A program made the translations under genes and the position numbers. Below the pieces are notes generated by a model that saw only the letters and a program-made list of their open reading frames with translations, ran no database searches and had not been told where the DNA came from. From Octopus vulgaris (lineage: Eukaryota), in NCBI GenBank assembly GCA_951406725.2, contig OX597815.1, forward strand, positions 62,806,001-62,870,000: a stretch of DNA of 64,000 nt. Direction: 5' to 3'. This document shows positions 29,351 through 43,788 of this stretch, in pieces. The first letter of the stretch is position 1; each line of letters begins with the position of its first letter.

Positions 29351-29569
29351 TTAGCATCGCTGCCTCAACTTTTCTCTTTCCCTTTCTCTCTCACTCTCGC
29401 TTTCTTTCTCTCTCTCTCTTCCTATTTATCTTTTCCCTACCTCAGGACACTGTCATATCAGACTGTCTTTTCATTTATCTCGAACCTAACACATCATATG
29501 CACAAACATCCATTTCCTTTCTTTCATCATCTCTACCTATCTGTCTTTCTTTCTCTAAGTCTCTTGATT

Positions 29570-29660
<91 letters not shown>

Positions 29661-30100
29661 ATACACATATGTATGTGTATTTATATATATACATATATAT
29701 ACATATATATATATATACGTATATATATATACATATAAATGTACACACACACACATATATATATCTGCATACACTTAGAAAACTTCACCGGCTCCGATTG
29801 CATGATCCGGCCATTATCTTCACCGAAACACGTGTAAGATGACGTAGTTAAAAATTTATGAACTGACTCCAGTTTTGTTTTTTCTACATATATTCACACA
29901 TATACACACAAACACATACAAGCACACACAAACACACACAAACACACATACACACACACTCACACACACACACACGCACACTCAAACAAACAAAACAACA
30001 AACACGCACACATATAATAGTATTAGATAGTCCTTGGTACAGTTATATATTTGAAAAATGAATAGAAATGCCTTTTCTGATCATTTTCCATTCCACACAG

Positions 30101-30146
<46 letters not shown>

Positions 30147-30914
30147 CACACACACACGTGCGCGCGCGTGCTTACATTCATTGCAATGCCCATTCTAGTC
30201 TTCCACTGGATTCTGTCATTTGACGACCACCATGCTGGGTAACATATTCTAGTATTCATACGCATTCACATTGACCCAAAACTATTTTCCCTCCTGTTTT
30301 ATCGATTTACACAATTGTTGAGTTGATAAGTAATTTGCTAATTTTATATTACAGTTTCTGAATGCTAATTCACTTGATTCAATATGAAATAAGCGTAGCA
30401 TTCTCTCTCAGTAGTCATCAGTCTTTTGTGTACATCAAAGTTGACATACCCTCTTGACTGGACATGTGTATAAACACGCGCGCGCGCATTTATACATATA
30501 CATTCAATTTAGGTATAAAACTTACAGTTTACATTAAATGCTCGTTACATTTACTGCGAAAACCGATCATATAAATTATGATACATCTGTAAATCCGTGA
30601 ATAACCGTAGATTATGTATAAAATATAAGCAAAAACGAATGGATTGAGCAACACACTCTATTGCATAATACTACAATCTTTTCATCGTCACTTTATCCGC
30701 AGATCATTGCCAAAATATTGTTATATAATATATGAAATAACACAGTGTATCAGTATTACTTCGGTAATATTGATAAGAATATATATACGTCACGGTGATT
30801 CAATAATAAAAACAGCGTGAAGTACGTATTCTATGAAATATGGCATGATGTAGCAAATATTTTGTGCTTATATCTGAAGAATTGACTCTTGCCAATATTG
30901 CTGAAGTAATACTA

Positions 30915-31125
30915 TTGGTTTCAAATTGCGGCACACGGCCAGTAATTTCGAGAGAGTGGGTAAGTCGATTGCATTGATCTTAGTGTACATATTTTATGAA
31001 AACCGAAAGGAAGAAAGGCAAAGTGCACTCCGACGGCATTTGAACTCAAAACCTAAAGACGGATGAAATGCTGCTAAGCATTATGCACGGCGTGCTAACG
31101 ATTCTGACAATTCACCATCTTTTTG
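30915..31125 (-). mobile_element. SINE family B, diverged
   Basis: Reverse complement of the 19349-19562 motifs (GAGTTCAAATGCC, GCCTTTCTTCCTTTCGG). Confidence 0.7.
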
Positions 31126-31544
31126 CTGAAATAATATTGGTACGATGTATTATTTCACATATATAATAATATTTTAGCAATGATCTGCTGATAAAATGAT
31201 TGTAGCATTACGCAATGAAGCGTGTTATGAAATCCACTCCCTTTTGCTTATATCATATACTTACAAACGCACATACATACATGAATAACAGGTTTCACAT
31301 TTGATTTTCAAAAGTGTTATGTGGAACTGTGTCGCAAATTTTTGTGCTGTGGCCGTTGTTGTAAAAGTGATTTGTTTTTATAGAAATAAAATTTGCGATC
31401 AGTTTCCCCGCTATGTTAATATGATAAGGTCATGTGGCAGCCAACGAGATCCCGTCAAAGCTTTTGTCCTATGTATATGTCATATACCATCCATAGTAAA
31501 AGGTGAATCGTTCATCACTGATGTTTTTTTAAAGCCTGTCCAGC

Positions 31545-31790
31545 CGTGCTTCGTATTTTTTAATAAATGAATGAATTTTTGTCATCGTGTTTGTTCTGTA
31601 GTATTGTCTGCACATTCATAATGTGGGAAGACAAGAAATTCAGGAGATTTGATTTTTGTACATATGTCCAAATGCTCACCGTGTGGGATTTGTCTGGGCC
31701 TGAGAGCTCGTATTTGTTGATGATGAAACGTTAATCTCATTCTTACGGTGACTTTGGCTTGTATAATGTAATCTTCGCTGCATCCTGTGC
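31545..31790 (-). pseudogene. PLE GIY-YIG C-terminal remnant
   Basis: Minus: RMRLTFHHQQIR...HGEHLDIC...FLVFP...SFIKKYEARL, frameshifted. Confidence 0.45.
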
Positions 31791-32446
31791 GTTTGATGGC
31801 ATGTATTAAAAGTTTTGAAGAACAAGTAAAGAAAGTACCAACTATGCACTGAACTCTACTGTTTAAAAAGTCTGGCTGTTATAATTGCGAAACTTCTTTC
31901 AACATTTTTGAGGACACATAAATTAAATCGGGATGAGTTTATACTGTAAAAAACAACACTTTCCTTGTATCAGACTAAAAGAATGTTCTGGGGTCGATTT
32001 GTTGGTTTAAATTCTGCTAGATGCAGAAACTATGCTCCAGCATAGCTGCGGACTGAAGCAAATAAAATATATATAAAAATAATCCGATTATCTGCGAGAT
32101 TTACTAGCCTGTACTGTGTTGACGAGTTCAAAACGTTATATTCATAGCATTTATTCAAATGTGCCTCATGCCTACAAACAGTTGGTCATACATTGAGCGC
32201 TGTTCATGGTACATTATTTATTCTAACAACCATCTATGCTATACGAAGAAGACAAAAACCTGGTTGCCGATTCTTATCTCTCCTTTCCGTTGAAAGTCGT
32301 AAACATCTGCTACTAGGAGTTTGTATTTTATCTTTGACACAAGGGGATGTTTCTATAAATAAATTATTTATTGCATACATTGTTCAATAAACACACATAA
32401 ACATACACACACACACGCACACATTCACACACACACACACACACGC

Positions 32447-32487
<41 letters not shown>

Positions 32488-32497
32488 CATATATATA

Positions 32498-32650
32498 TAC
32501 GACCGGCTTCTTCCAGTTTCCGTCTATCAAATCCAGTCACAAAGGCTTTGGTCGGCCCGAAGCTATGATAGAAGACACTTACTCAAGGTGCCACGCAGTG
32601 GGACTGAACCCGGAACCATGTGGTTCGGAAGCAAGCTTCGTACCACATGG
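32498..32650 (-). mobile_element. SINE family A, 5' head
   Basis: Same head sequence as 26080-26230. Confidence 0.8.
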
Positions 32651-32652
32651 TC

Positions 32653-32720
<68 letters not shown>

Positions 32721-32723
<3 letters not shown>

Positions 32724-34224
32724 CAGTCCGACCCGTCCACTTCACACCTCTTCCCTAACCGACCCCTCCCCTCTTTCAAACGAGCCCACAACCTTCGAGA
32801 CCTTTTGGTCCATAGCTCCTTCCCTGACCCTACCTCCCAACCCGGCTCGTTCCCCTGCTCCCGCCCACGTTGCCGCACTTGCCCTTACCTCTCCAACACC
32901 ACCCGCCTCACTAGCACCCACCATCGACCCTATCCCATCATCCACTCCTTCACCTGCACCTCCAGCAATATTATCTATTGCATCTCTTGCTCTCTCTGCA
33001 ATTCCTTGTACATCGGACAAACGGGACGCCGCTTGGCTGACCGGTTCGCGGAACACCTTCGTGACATCCACCTTGCGAACGACACACCGGTCTCACGCCA
33101 TTTCCGCTCCACCGGTCACTCCTTGCAACACCTATCTGTGTTCGGTTTGTCCTTACACAGAGGCCATCCGGATTCCCGTTTGCGCCGTGAACAGGAATTA
33201 ATCTTCTCTCTTCGCTCTTATACGCCATTTGGTCTCAACTCTCCCCCCTCCTCATCTAACCCCCTCTCCCCCTCCTCACCTATCCTTTCTCCCCCCGACC
33301 CCCACTTCTTCAGTCCTTCATCCTTTCACCCCTACTCCCCTTCCCTTCTTCCCTCTTTCTCCCTCCCTCTTCCTCTTCCCTCTGCTCCCTCACTCCCTCT
33401 CTCCCCTTCTCTCTCCCCCTCTCCCTCTTTCCTCCTTCATCCCTCTCCTCCCCTTCCTTCTCCCCATCCTCTCCTCTTCACCCTCCCCTCCCCCTCTTCT
33501 TCCCCCCCTTCTCCCCCTCTTCTCCCCTCCCCCTCTTCTCCTCACTACACCACATGACTTTACACATCACATCACATATGATGTGCCATACTAATACACA
33601 CACCAACTAATACATACTAATACGTACTAATACATACTAGTACATACTAATACTTACACCAACCCTATACATACACACGTCCAGACCCCGCATACGCACT
33701 TATACTCTCTCACACACACACACACACACCTATACATACCAATACGTACTAATACATACTAATACATACTAATACATACACCAACCCCATACATACGCAC
33801 GTCCAGACCAATCCCACGCACTGATACTCTCTCATACACACACACACACACACACACACCCTTATACATACTAATACATACACCAACCCTATACATACAC
33901 ATCCAGACCCCTCCCACGCACTTTTAGCTGGTCCCTCAACCCTATTATCTCCCCTTATTTCGCTCTCGCGTCTCATGTTTGATCTTTGACCTCTGGCCGA
34001 AATCAGATCGCCATGTTGATTCGTTAGCTACTGCACGCATTTTTTTCTCTCCTTCTTTCTGTGTTTTTCTCTCTCTGTGTATCTTTCTGTTGAAGAGCGT
34101 AGGCTCGAAACGTTAAAGACTTGTTTTATTTATATTTCCTGAGCGCCATACTAATACAATTGTTCGTTTGTTTTCCACCTGCCTTCGTCTTTTGTTTATT
34201 TTCATAAAGCTTCCCGTTATATAT
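32721..34224 (+). repeat. 5' pseudo-LTR (duplicated 3' 1.5 kb: Cys linker, GIY-YIG, UTR, hammerhead)
   Basis: Identical translation LQSDPSTSHLFP...PFGLN. Differences seen are one synonymous SNP (CCT/CCA) and indels in simple-sequence tracts. Confidence 0.95.
34082..34119 (+). ncRNA. Minimal type I hammerhead ribozyme (variant core CUGUUGA+A)
   Basis: TCTTT-CTGTTGA-A-GAGC-GTAG-GCTC-GAAA-CG-TT-AAAGA. Confidence 0.8.
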
Positions 34225-34846
34225 TATGCGCTCACGTGGTCTCACTTTCATCCTATATTCTACCAATACCACTATCAACACTTACCTCTACCTTGGATTT
34301 TCTTTACCTCTTGGATACTTACCATCGGCTGCACCTCTCTTTCGCGGATCAAAGTGACTTTGCATTGATGTGAAATCCTTAAAAAATATACCACGACGTC
34401 TACACATTTCTCACCTTGAACTTTCAACCTTGAACTTGTTCGCATAAACTGTCCCGTTTGTTGTATTTTTTATTTTCTCTTATATTACCACTTTTTTTAC
34501 ATTCATTTCATGCTTTCCACATTTTCCTGAATTTTTGTTCTCCTTTCCGTCTTTCTTCCCTCTCTGGATGTCCATACTCCGTTTCCTCTGCCTGCACCCC
34601 CCTTTTTTTTGCCTCCCCCTCTCTCTGCTTCCCTTCTTTCTTTCCCTTTTCCGTTTGCCCCGTCTTTTCTGCCCCTATCGCTTACTTATCTAGTTTTTTC
34701 ATACGATTATTATTTTTTTTATTTTTTTATTTTTTTTGTTTTTTTGAACGTTTGTTTTTTCCCCTTTTTTTCTATTTTTTTCATACGATAATTTTTGTTT
34801 TTTGTTTTTTTTGTTTTTTCGAACGTTTTTTTTCCGCTATCCCATC

Positions 34847-37800
34847 ATGCCGGATCCTAGGTCCTACCTCCTCACCCTCAATCACCGTTTGAAGGATCAT
34901 CTACGTTCGCTTCCTGTATATCGCCTTCAGCCGTCCGTTAATCTCTCTCTACTTCTTTTTAAAAAAACCCGCTTCTCTAGCCATGTCTCTTTCCTAAGCC
35001 GCTGCCTACATCACCGACTCATCCCTAAAGGTTTCCGCCTCCACTTCCACCCTGCTCTCCACTCGGATTCTTCCATCTTACCCATACTCCGCACCACATC
35101 TTACCGCCTTATGCGGGCCACCATTCGCTCCAATCTCTCCAAACTACAAGCCATCAACCGCCTTCTTCCTCCTGCTTTCTCCACCTTCTTCTCCTCTCTG
35201 CCGCCTCTCTATGCTCCAAACACGCTACGCTTCATTATCCATTTGAATCAACTCTTCCATCAATTTCTTTCTGATACCAAACTTCGTAAACTCCAATCAC
35301 TCTTCCATTCCACCCTACCCGACGCCACTACCCCAACTCCTCCACCACCCTTCTCCCCTCCCGATAGGCTCCATCCACCCACACCTAACCCCACTGCCCC
35401 TCCCTACAACCCCTTCTCCCCTCCCGTTAGGCTCCATCCACCTACACCTAACCCTACTGCCCCGCCCAACCACCCCCCCACACACCTCCCCAATCCCTCC
35501 CCCTCAGACCTCCACGAGACCTACCACCCCTCCTACTTCTATTCCACCCACCCCTTCTCCACTTCCGTCTGTTGTTACCATTCCCCCCGATCTTCCCCTC
35601 TCTGCGGCTGAACGCTCCGTCCTTGGTAGGGGTCTGCGTTTCATCCCCCTCACTCCATCCTGTAAGGAATTCCAGACGCGAGTTGATGTCCACAGCTTTG
35701 TGCGCCGTGTCCGGTTGGGTGCGCATTACCATGACTCGCCACCCACACCCAACGAAGAGGACGACTGCTTCACTGGCCTGGGCCGCCGACCATCCCCGTG
35801 GACGCCTGCCCCTGGCCAGATCCTAGCAGTGGATCTTTTCGCGGGCGCTTGTCAGCGTGCATTGGAGCGGTTCAACTTCTCCAGGCGCCAACGCCGCCTC
35901 AACATCTCCCCGGCTGAGCTCTTGGCTCTTCGTTCCCTCCAACGGCGCGCTGACATTATCATCAAACCGGCTGACAAGGGTGGAGCTGTAGTGGTGTGGC
36001 GCACGGACCTCTATAGGGCTGAGGCTTTCCGCCAACTCAATGACACCTCCTTCTATTCCCCTCTGCCCTCTAACCCCACACGTAGCTACCAACAGACGGT
36101 ATCCTCTACTGTCCAAGACCTCATCTCGTCCTCCCGTCTCCCCCGCACCGCATCCAACCTAATTGTGCGAACCCCACGTACCCCCACCATTTACTTCCTC
36201 CCCAAAATCCACAAACCCAACAACCCTGGCCGCCCCATCGTCTCCGCCTGTAACTGCCCCACGGAGCTCATCTCTAAATACCTCGACCGTGTCCTTGCCC
36301 CCCTAGTGGCATCTCTTCCCTCCCACATCCACGATACCAACCATGCTCTCCGGCTTTTCAACTCTTTCTCCTTTCCTCCCGGCTCCTCCAAAATCCTTTA
36401 CTATGGACATCCAAAGCCTCTATACTGTTATCCCTCACCACGAAGGACTGCAGGCCCTTCGACACTTTCTTGACCTCCGCTCTAACCCTGTACCTGACAC
36501 CTCCACACTCATTCGTCTGGCCGAACTTGTCCTTACTCTGAACTGCTTCTCGTTCGCGGGCGAGTTCTACCATCAGGTCTCGGGAGTGGCCATGGGAACG
36601 CGAATGGGCCCCAACTATGCGACACTGTTCGTTGGCTATGTTGAGGCCCAAATATTCTCTACTTTCACTGGTCCCACTCCTGAACTATATGGTCGTTATA
36701 TTGACGACATTATCGGTGCCACCTCACTCTCCCGCGAACATCTAGATTCCTTCCTCTCTTTCGTCCAATCTTTCCATCCAGCCCTCCACTTCACTTCCAC
36801 TATCTCCAACACCTCTGTCTCCTTCCTCGACATTTCGGTTAGCATTTTTGACTCCACTCTTACCACCTCCATTCACTACAAACACACAGACTCACACTCA
36901 TACCTCAACTTCTCTTCCTCCCACCCAGAACACACCAAGCTTTCCATCCCCTATTCCCAATTCCTCCGTCTACGTAGGCTCTGTAGTGACGACCATGACT
37001 TTGAGACTCAGTCTCAACGTATGGCTCACCACTTCACCCTACGTGGATACCCCCTCACCACTATCCACACCGCCCTTGCCAGAGCACGGTCCGTGGACCG
37101 TGTATCTGCTCTCTCTCCCCGAACCCGCCCTGTAGTCTCCCACCTCCCTTTTCCCCTCACTTACCACCCCACGACCCTACGTCTCCAACGCACCATTCTT
37201 CGAGCTTTCCGTCGTCTCCAGTCCGACCCGTCCACTTCACACCTCTTCCCTAACCGACCCCTCCCCTCTTTCAAACGAGCCCACAACCTTCGAGACCTTT
37301 TGGTCCATAGCTCCTTCCCTGACCCTACCTCCCAACCCGGCTCGTTCCCCTGCTCCCGCCCACGTTGCCGCACTTGCCCATACCTCTCCAACACCACCCG
37401 CCTCACTAGCACCCACCATCGACCCTATCCCATCATCCACTCCTTCACCTGCACCTCCAGCAATATTATCTATTGCATCTCTTGCTCTCTCTGCAATTCC
37501 TTGTACATCGGACAAACGGGACGCCGCTTGGCTGACCGGTTCGCGGAACACCTTCGTGACATCCACCTTGCGAACGACACACCGGTCTCACGCCATTTCC
37601 GCTCCACCGGTCACTCCTTGCAACACCTATCTGTGTTCGGTTTGTCCTTACACAGAGGCCATCCGGATTCCCGTTTGCGCCGTGAACAGGAATTAATCTT
37701 CTCTCTTCGCTCTTATACGCCATTTGGTCTCAACTCTCCCCCCTCCTCATCTAACCCCCTCTCCCCCTCCTCACCTATCCTTTCTCCCCCCGACCCCCAC

Positions 37801-38085
37801 TTCTTCAGTCCTTCATCCTTTCACCCCTACTCCCCTTCCCTTCTTCCCTCTTTCTCCCTCCCTCTTCCTCTTCCCTCTGCTCCCTCACTCCCTCTCTCCC
37901 CTTCTCTCTCCCCCTCTCCCTCTTTCCTCCTTCATCCCTCTCCTCCCCTTCCTTCTCCCCATCCTCTCCTCTTCACCCTCCCCTCCCCTTCTTCTCCCCC
38001 TCTTCTCCCCTCTTCTCCCCCCCCTCTTCTCCTCACTACACCACATGACTTTACACATCACATCACATATGATGTGCCATACTAA
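34847..38085 (+). CDS. PLE polyprotein (RT plus GIY-YIG endonuclease), two frameshifts
   Basis: FLSRC....IPKG, ERSVLGRGLRFIP, KPADKG, LPKIHK..GRPIVS, MDIQSLYT, GVAMG, RYIDD, FLD, CSRPRCRTC, NIIYCISCSLC..YIGQTGR. Frameshifts at ~35460-35570 and ~36398. Confidence 0.9.
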
Positions 38086-38572
38086 TACACACACCAACTA
38101 ATACATACTAATACGTACTAATACATACTAGTACATACTAATACTTACACCAACCCTATACATACACACGTCCAGACCCCGCATACGCACTTATACTCTC
38201 TCACACACACACACACACACACCTATACATACCAATACGTACTAATACATACTAATACATACTAATACATACACCAACCCCATACATACGCACGTCCAGA
38301 CCAATCCCACGCACTGATACTCTCTCATACACACACACACACACACACACCCTTATACATACTAATACATACACCAACCCTATACATACACATCCAGACC
38401 CCTCCCACGCACTTTTAGCTGGTCCCTCAACCCTATTATCTCCCCTTATTTCGCTCTCGCGTCTCATGTTTGATCTTTGACCTCTGGCCGAAATCAGATC
38501 GCCATGTTGATTCGTTAGCTACTGCACGCATTTTTTTCTCTCCTTCTTTCTGTGTTTTTCTCTCTCTGTGTA

Positions 38573-38610
38573 TCTTTCTGTTGAAGAGCGTAGGCTCGAA
38601 ACGTTAAAGA
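38573..38610 (+). ncRNA. Minimal type I hammerhead ribozyme, 3' copy
   Basis: Identical to 34082-34119. Confidence 0.8.
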
Positions 38611-38707
38611 CTTGTTTTATTTATATTTCCTGAGCGCCATACTAATACAATTGTTCGTTTGTTTTCCACCTGCCTTCGTCTTTTGTTTATTTTCATAAAG
38701 CTTCCCG

Positions 38708-38809
<102 letters not shown>

Positions 38810-39499
38810 TGATAGATAGATAGATAGATAGATAGATATAGATATAGAAATATACATACATACATACATGCATACATACATACATGCATACATACATACA
38901 TACATACATACATACATACATACATACATACATACATACATACATACATACATACATACATACACATTTGTATATATGTATACTTAGGTGTGACCAAAGT
39001 TGTTTAGAGTTATAGCCACAATTGATGTTTAAGTGCCGCAAGACCTGAAGAAAATTTTCCTGTGTTTTACGTTTTTCTTTTTTTTTTCTTTTTTCTTAAC
39101 CAGTGTTTGTATTTACGTACGGCAACTTAGATCAATAAAATAAGTACAAATCTTGAAAAACTATGCAATGGGGTTGGTGTCATCGACTATGTAGCCTTCA
39201 AGGCTGTGCCCCAGCATGACCGCAGTCTATAGACTGAAACCAGTAAAATAGAAGATTATGTTATAATTGTTACATACATTTTTTATGAGTACAATAATAT
39301 TGATTCGTGAATGTTGTTTTTTAAACCGTTAAATTGTATTGACTTCATATTTTACAGTAAACATTTTAACATATTTAATACGGTAATGAACTATAGAAAT
39401 ATTTAAGAAAAATGAGAAAATTTTCATTTCAGCAACATAAAATTTGACTGCAAAAAAGTGTAAAGGCAAAAAATATTCTTATTTTTTTAGTAATATTTA

Positions 39500-41160
39500 T
39501 TTATCATAGTAAATATCTATTCAAAACATGGAGGAAAGTATGCAGAAAAAATGCAGGACTCTACCTTCCATAGTTTCATCATAATGTTTTAATGACAGGC
39601 AGATAATAAAACACCTATCAGGCTTTTAAAACTGGTATTTACGGATGGTAAAGGTTTTGTGGATTTCCATCTTGGCTGTAACTCGTCGAAAATCTGGTTG
39701 ATAAATTGTGAAGGCTATGTAAATTATCCCCATCGGGTGATGCTTCGATTTCACATTAGTATATTGTGCTGAAAACTGATATGAGTCGCAAACCAGTTTA
39801 TTCAGGATATTTTATTTCTGGAATTTGTTTGCAGAATTTAATTGGGATTTGTGGATCATCTTGAGACACGGGTCCTGTTATTCGATTTCTACAGCAAATG
39901 ATTCCATAGCTAGTGGTTTGAGAGTTGGGAAACCGTTCTCGACCACATCAACCAATGAATGGATCTACAAGAAAAATAAAACAGCATTTCATCTTCTGCA
40001 AGTCATTAAACTTAGAAAATAAATTATCAAGCCATTTTTGTAATATATGCATTCTTACTATTTGTGTTTTTTCTTTCATTTCAGTAGCAGGGAATGTATC
40101 TAACCTCCTTCTGAAATTGAGAAAGTGACTCAAATTTCTTCAAAATCTGTCTATTTGAAAAGCATTTATATTATTACAAAAGCTGAAAATAGACTAAGAT
40201 GAGAAATAATATTATCCTTCCCTTGGAGTGCCAAGTTCAGAGTTTGTAGAGAATTCAATATCTCAGTAAAGAACATCAGCTATTGCTTCCATTCGTCATT
40301 TTTCAGTTAAGTATAGAATATTTTCTTTAAGAAGTTGATTACCACCCAACAACGCAAAAGAAAGATAGATCCCTGAGTTTATATTCAAGCTCCAGTTGCT
40401 CAATATAATTTCTGAACCGTCGGTGGGTCTTCCCATTTAAGTGGATGAAATTCACAATCTCAAGGACAGATTTTAAGACATCTTCATATATATGAAGTAT
40501 CTAATGCAGTTTCTCCGCCATTGCAGTAGCTTCATTTGTTGCAACCTTGACAATTTTATTCAGTGAAACACCAATATTTGTTAAAGCCCTGTCAAGCGTA
40601 TATTTTATGTCAACACCACGAGATACTTCTCTTAAGTCCAATATCTCTTCTTTCACACTTTCCTCTTGTATGTCACTTGATTCGTCAGCCGCTAAAGTGT
40701 AAGCAAGAGAATATTCTAAGTCATTTTGAATTTTGCTGACGTATCTCTCAGATCAGTACTGATTTGAGAAATACGTCTCTCTGTAGTGGCATGAAGCTGG
40801 TGCTTATGTTATTAGTCGTAGAAATTATTTGGATCTAACACAGTAGCAATATTAGTTATATTCTTCTTAACTTTGCCATCAGAATATGGGTGTTTATGCA
40901 CGAGCAATATTCCATGATATAAAAAACTTAGCTTCAGTAGATATATTACTGTCCTTGCTGAACGTTGTCAATAGTATTTACTGCGTTTTTAGTGATGATT
41001 TTAACAATTAACCTGTTTCTCCTTAATCCAAGTTGCTGGCAGATAAGGCAGAAATGTTTTACCTTATTTAGCAGTGAATGAAAAATCTTCTTTCCACTCT
41101 GGCTAACAACTTTTGCTTTCCTCTTCCTATCTTCGTTTTTACAGGTTGATGATGTCATCT
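39500..41160 (-). pseudogene. hAT (Buster/SPIN/GTF2IRD2-like) transposase remnant
   Basis: Minus: RKRKAK...FCLICQQ; LAADESSDI; GVDIKYTLDRAL..VSLNKIVKVAT..A.AM. Many stops and frameshifts. Confidence 0.7.
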
Positions 41161-41697
41161 TCCTTCGCAAAATTTTCACAGACACTTGTAAACAAAATTC
41201 GTATCCAATGACCACCAACTAGATATGGACATTTGAGCGGCTTGTATTACAACGTTTTAATGTACATGAGCGAGGTCGAGGCTAGTCTCAGTCTCGTTCC
41301 ACCCCTTTACATAGATGTTTAAACGTCTTAACAATAAGCTTAGTCTTCTGCAACCCTTGATCACCTCAAACGCGTTTAATCCCTTTGCTTTAGCATTAAT
41401 GAGCATTGCTTCATTCAGATGTAAGTTTATTGTCTGGCATTGTTTCTACTGGCCATTGCTCTATTAGAGAAGGAGAGACGCCATTATGAAGAATAAATGA
41501 TATCGATGTTATTCTAAAAAGATAATGTGACAATGGCCATTGCGAAAAGCGGATTGTAACAAGTCGCCAAAGATAACGAACGGAAGAAATCTCAAATATA
41601 TTTCCCACTTGTTATCCCTTTCGAATGTGTGTGATATAAGGTAACGTGCTTTGGAAGAGGGTGTTGAAAATAACATTCCATATGCAAACGACGCACT

Positions 41698-41734
<37 letters not shown>

Positions 41735-41777
41735 ATATATGGGGGTATATATATATATATATATATGTGTGTATATG

Positions 41778-41843
<66 letters not shown>

Positions 41844-41849
41844 GGGGGG

Positions 41850-42025
41850 AGCAAAACACTTCATTTCACATTGCTCCAGTCCCCCTTCGATCAGGGAGGA
41901 ATGTTGGCTGCTCGCCTAGCCAGCAGGTTGGCGCGTCATTTGAAGGGTAAAACAATGCAAGGCGCATTGCAACCAGCGATGTGTGACATCTGATAGTCTG
42001 GCCGGTCATGTGATCACGTGATGTA
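41850..42025 (+). mobile_element. SINE body and tail related to 1-247
   Basis: TGTTGGCTGCTCGCCTAGCCAGCAGGTTGGCGCGTCATT matches the reverse complement of 1-40. Followed by (TAAA)n. Confidence 0.55.
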
Positions 42026-42056
<31 letters not shown>

Positions 42057-42068
42057 ATATATATATAT

Positions 42069-42252
42069 AACAATTGCAGCGTGGAAGGTGTTTGTAAGCC
42101 ATTTAAGAAACACACAATTTTTGTCAGTGAACAGGTCGCGGATTTTAGCGACGAAAATATTTTGACAGATTAAACTTAAACGTTGAAGTGAATCGAACGG
42201 CTTTTGTGTGTTTCTTAAATGGCTTACAAACACCTTCCACGCTGCAATTGTT
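42069..42252. repeat. Perfect 49-bp inverted repeat with 86-bp spacer (MITE-like)
   Basis: AACAATTGCAGCGTGGAAGGTGTTTGTAAGCCATTTAAGAAACACACAA and its exact reverse complement at 42204-42252. Confidence 0.9.
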
Positions 42253-42310
42253 TTCGTTCCAGCACACGATCTCAGATCAAATCACTTGCTATGCGAGTAC
42301 ATCTCCATAA

Positions 42311-42350
<40 letters not shown>

Positions 42351-42519
42351 GATATTTGAAGAAAACAAGGATAAAGATACTGGCTGCTAAAATTCAAAGC
42401 GAAAGCTTCAAAAGACCACCAATTCTACAATAAATACACTCACGAGCAATGTAATGAATATTTTAAAAAATAGGCCTACCTTCAGGATGGAGTATGGAGG
42501 CAACTAATAATACTTCACA

Positions 42520-42709
<190 letters not shown>

Positions 42710-43049
42710 CCGGGTTATAACTTACATGGGAAATATTGTAAGTCAGAAATGGAAAGAAGGGACAGAAAAAAAACCATTCAATACAATTTTATGTTTGAGT
42801 TTATTTGGAGTAATTAGGGGACGCTATACCTAATATATAATTAGAGACAGTGACATATTTTTGCCTTATTTAGCTTCTATATCAACTGTGATAAAAAAAA
42901 GAGCCCAACCAAAATATTTCCATGCGTGACAGAAGCTGCATACGGCTTGCTATCCGCAGTTTTACCACCCCTAGTATATATATGCATGCATGTATGTATT
43001 TATATAGATATATGTACATTTATATACATATATCTGTGTAAACATTTAT

Positions 43050-43087
<38 letters not shown>

Positions 43088-43238
43088 ACACATATATATA
43101 CATATATGCATATATACATATAGATTCAAATGAATATGGTACTTAAGTCAGATGCACCAGAATTTTGTATGGTACTATCCATATAAATCCACGGGGTGAT
43201 TATAATCAAAATAAGCAGCAAATATTTCTTCGGTAATT

Positions 43239-43323
43239 TGGTACGATCGTTTCATGCTACATCATTTTATTAAACATTGTAAGTATTACATCAGTTTTAA
43301 CATGTTGAGCAATCTTCAGCCAT
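43239..43323 (-). ncRNA. Type I hammerhead motif, intact core, long loop II
   Basis: Minus: tgg-CTGAAGA-TTGCT...AGCAT-GAAAC-GATC-GTA-cca. Confidence 0.65.
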
Positions 43324-43788
43324 TTATAGAAGTCTTCCATCAATGGGACAATACATATACTTATTTCAATTTCGTTTGCTAACAATATAAAGAGGGTAGA
43401 TATACATACAGAGAGGTTGGATTGATTGTCAAGAACATGATAGAGTTAGAATTTATCTTCTGATTGTAGAATTTTTCCTTTTGTTATTTGGATCTGTTAG
43501 AGAGGAGGAAGGGATTTTCTGTTGGGTGGAAACAAAGAGTTTTTCTATTTATAGATATAGGAAGGGATAAAATAAATGTCAAACGTTATTCATGTTGAAT
43601 TTTAAAATGTAGGGGGATTATAGACTATTAATGTCTTAGATGTTGCCTACAACTACTTAGCATCCTGATCTTATATCAAGAAAACTAAGCAAATACCCTT
43701 TAGATAATTAACTAAATGATCTCAATACATTTGTATCTTATATAGTAATAGAAAATATAGAAATCATTTTACAAATATATATATATCG

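Noticed and set aside
32721-34224. 1.5-kb duplication as a true LTR or an assembly artefact
   Set aside because: It contains coding sequence, lacks TG..CA ends, differs by a SNP and indels, and matches normal PLE partial-tandem structure.
37735-38085. Ser/Pro-rich C-terminal extension of the PLE ORF as a domain
   Set aside because: It is read-through into a pyrimidine tract, and the stop position differs between the two pseudo-LTR copies.
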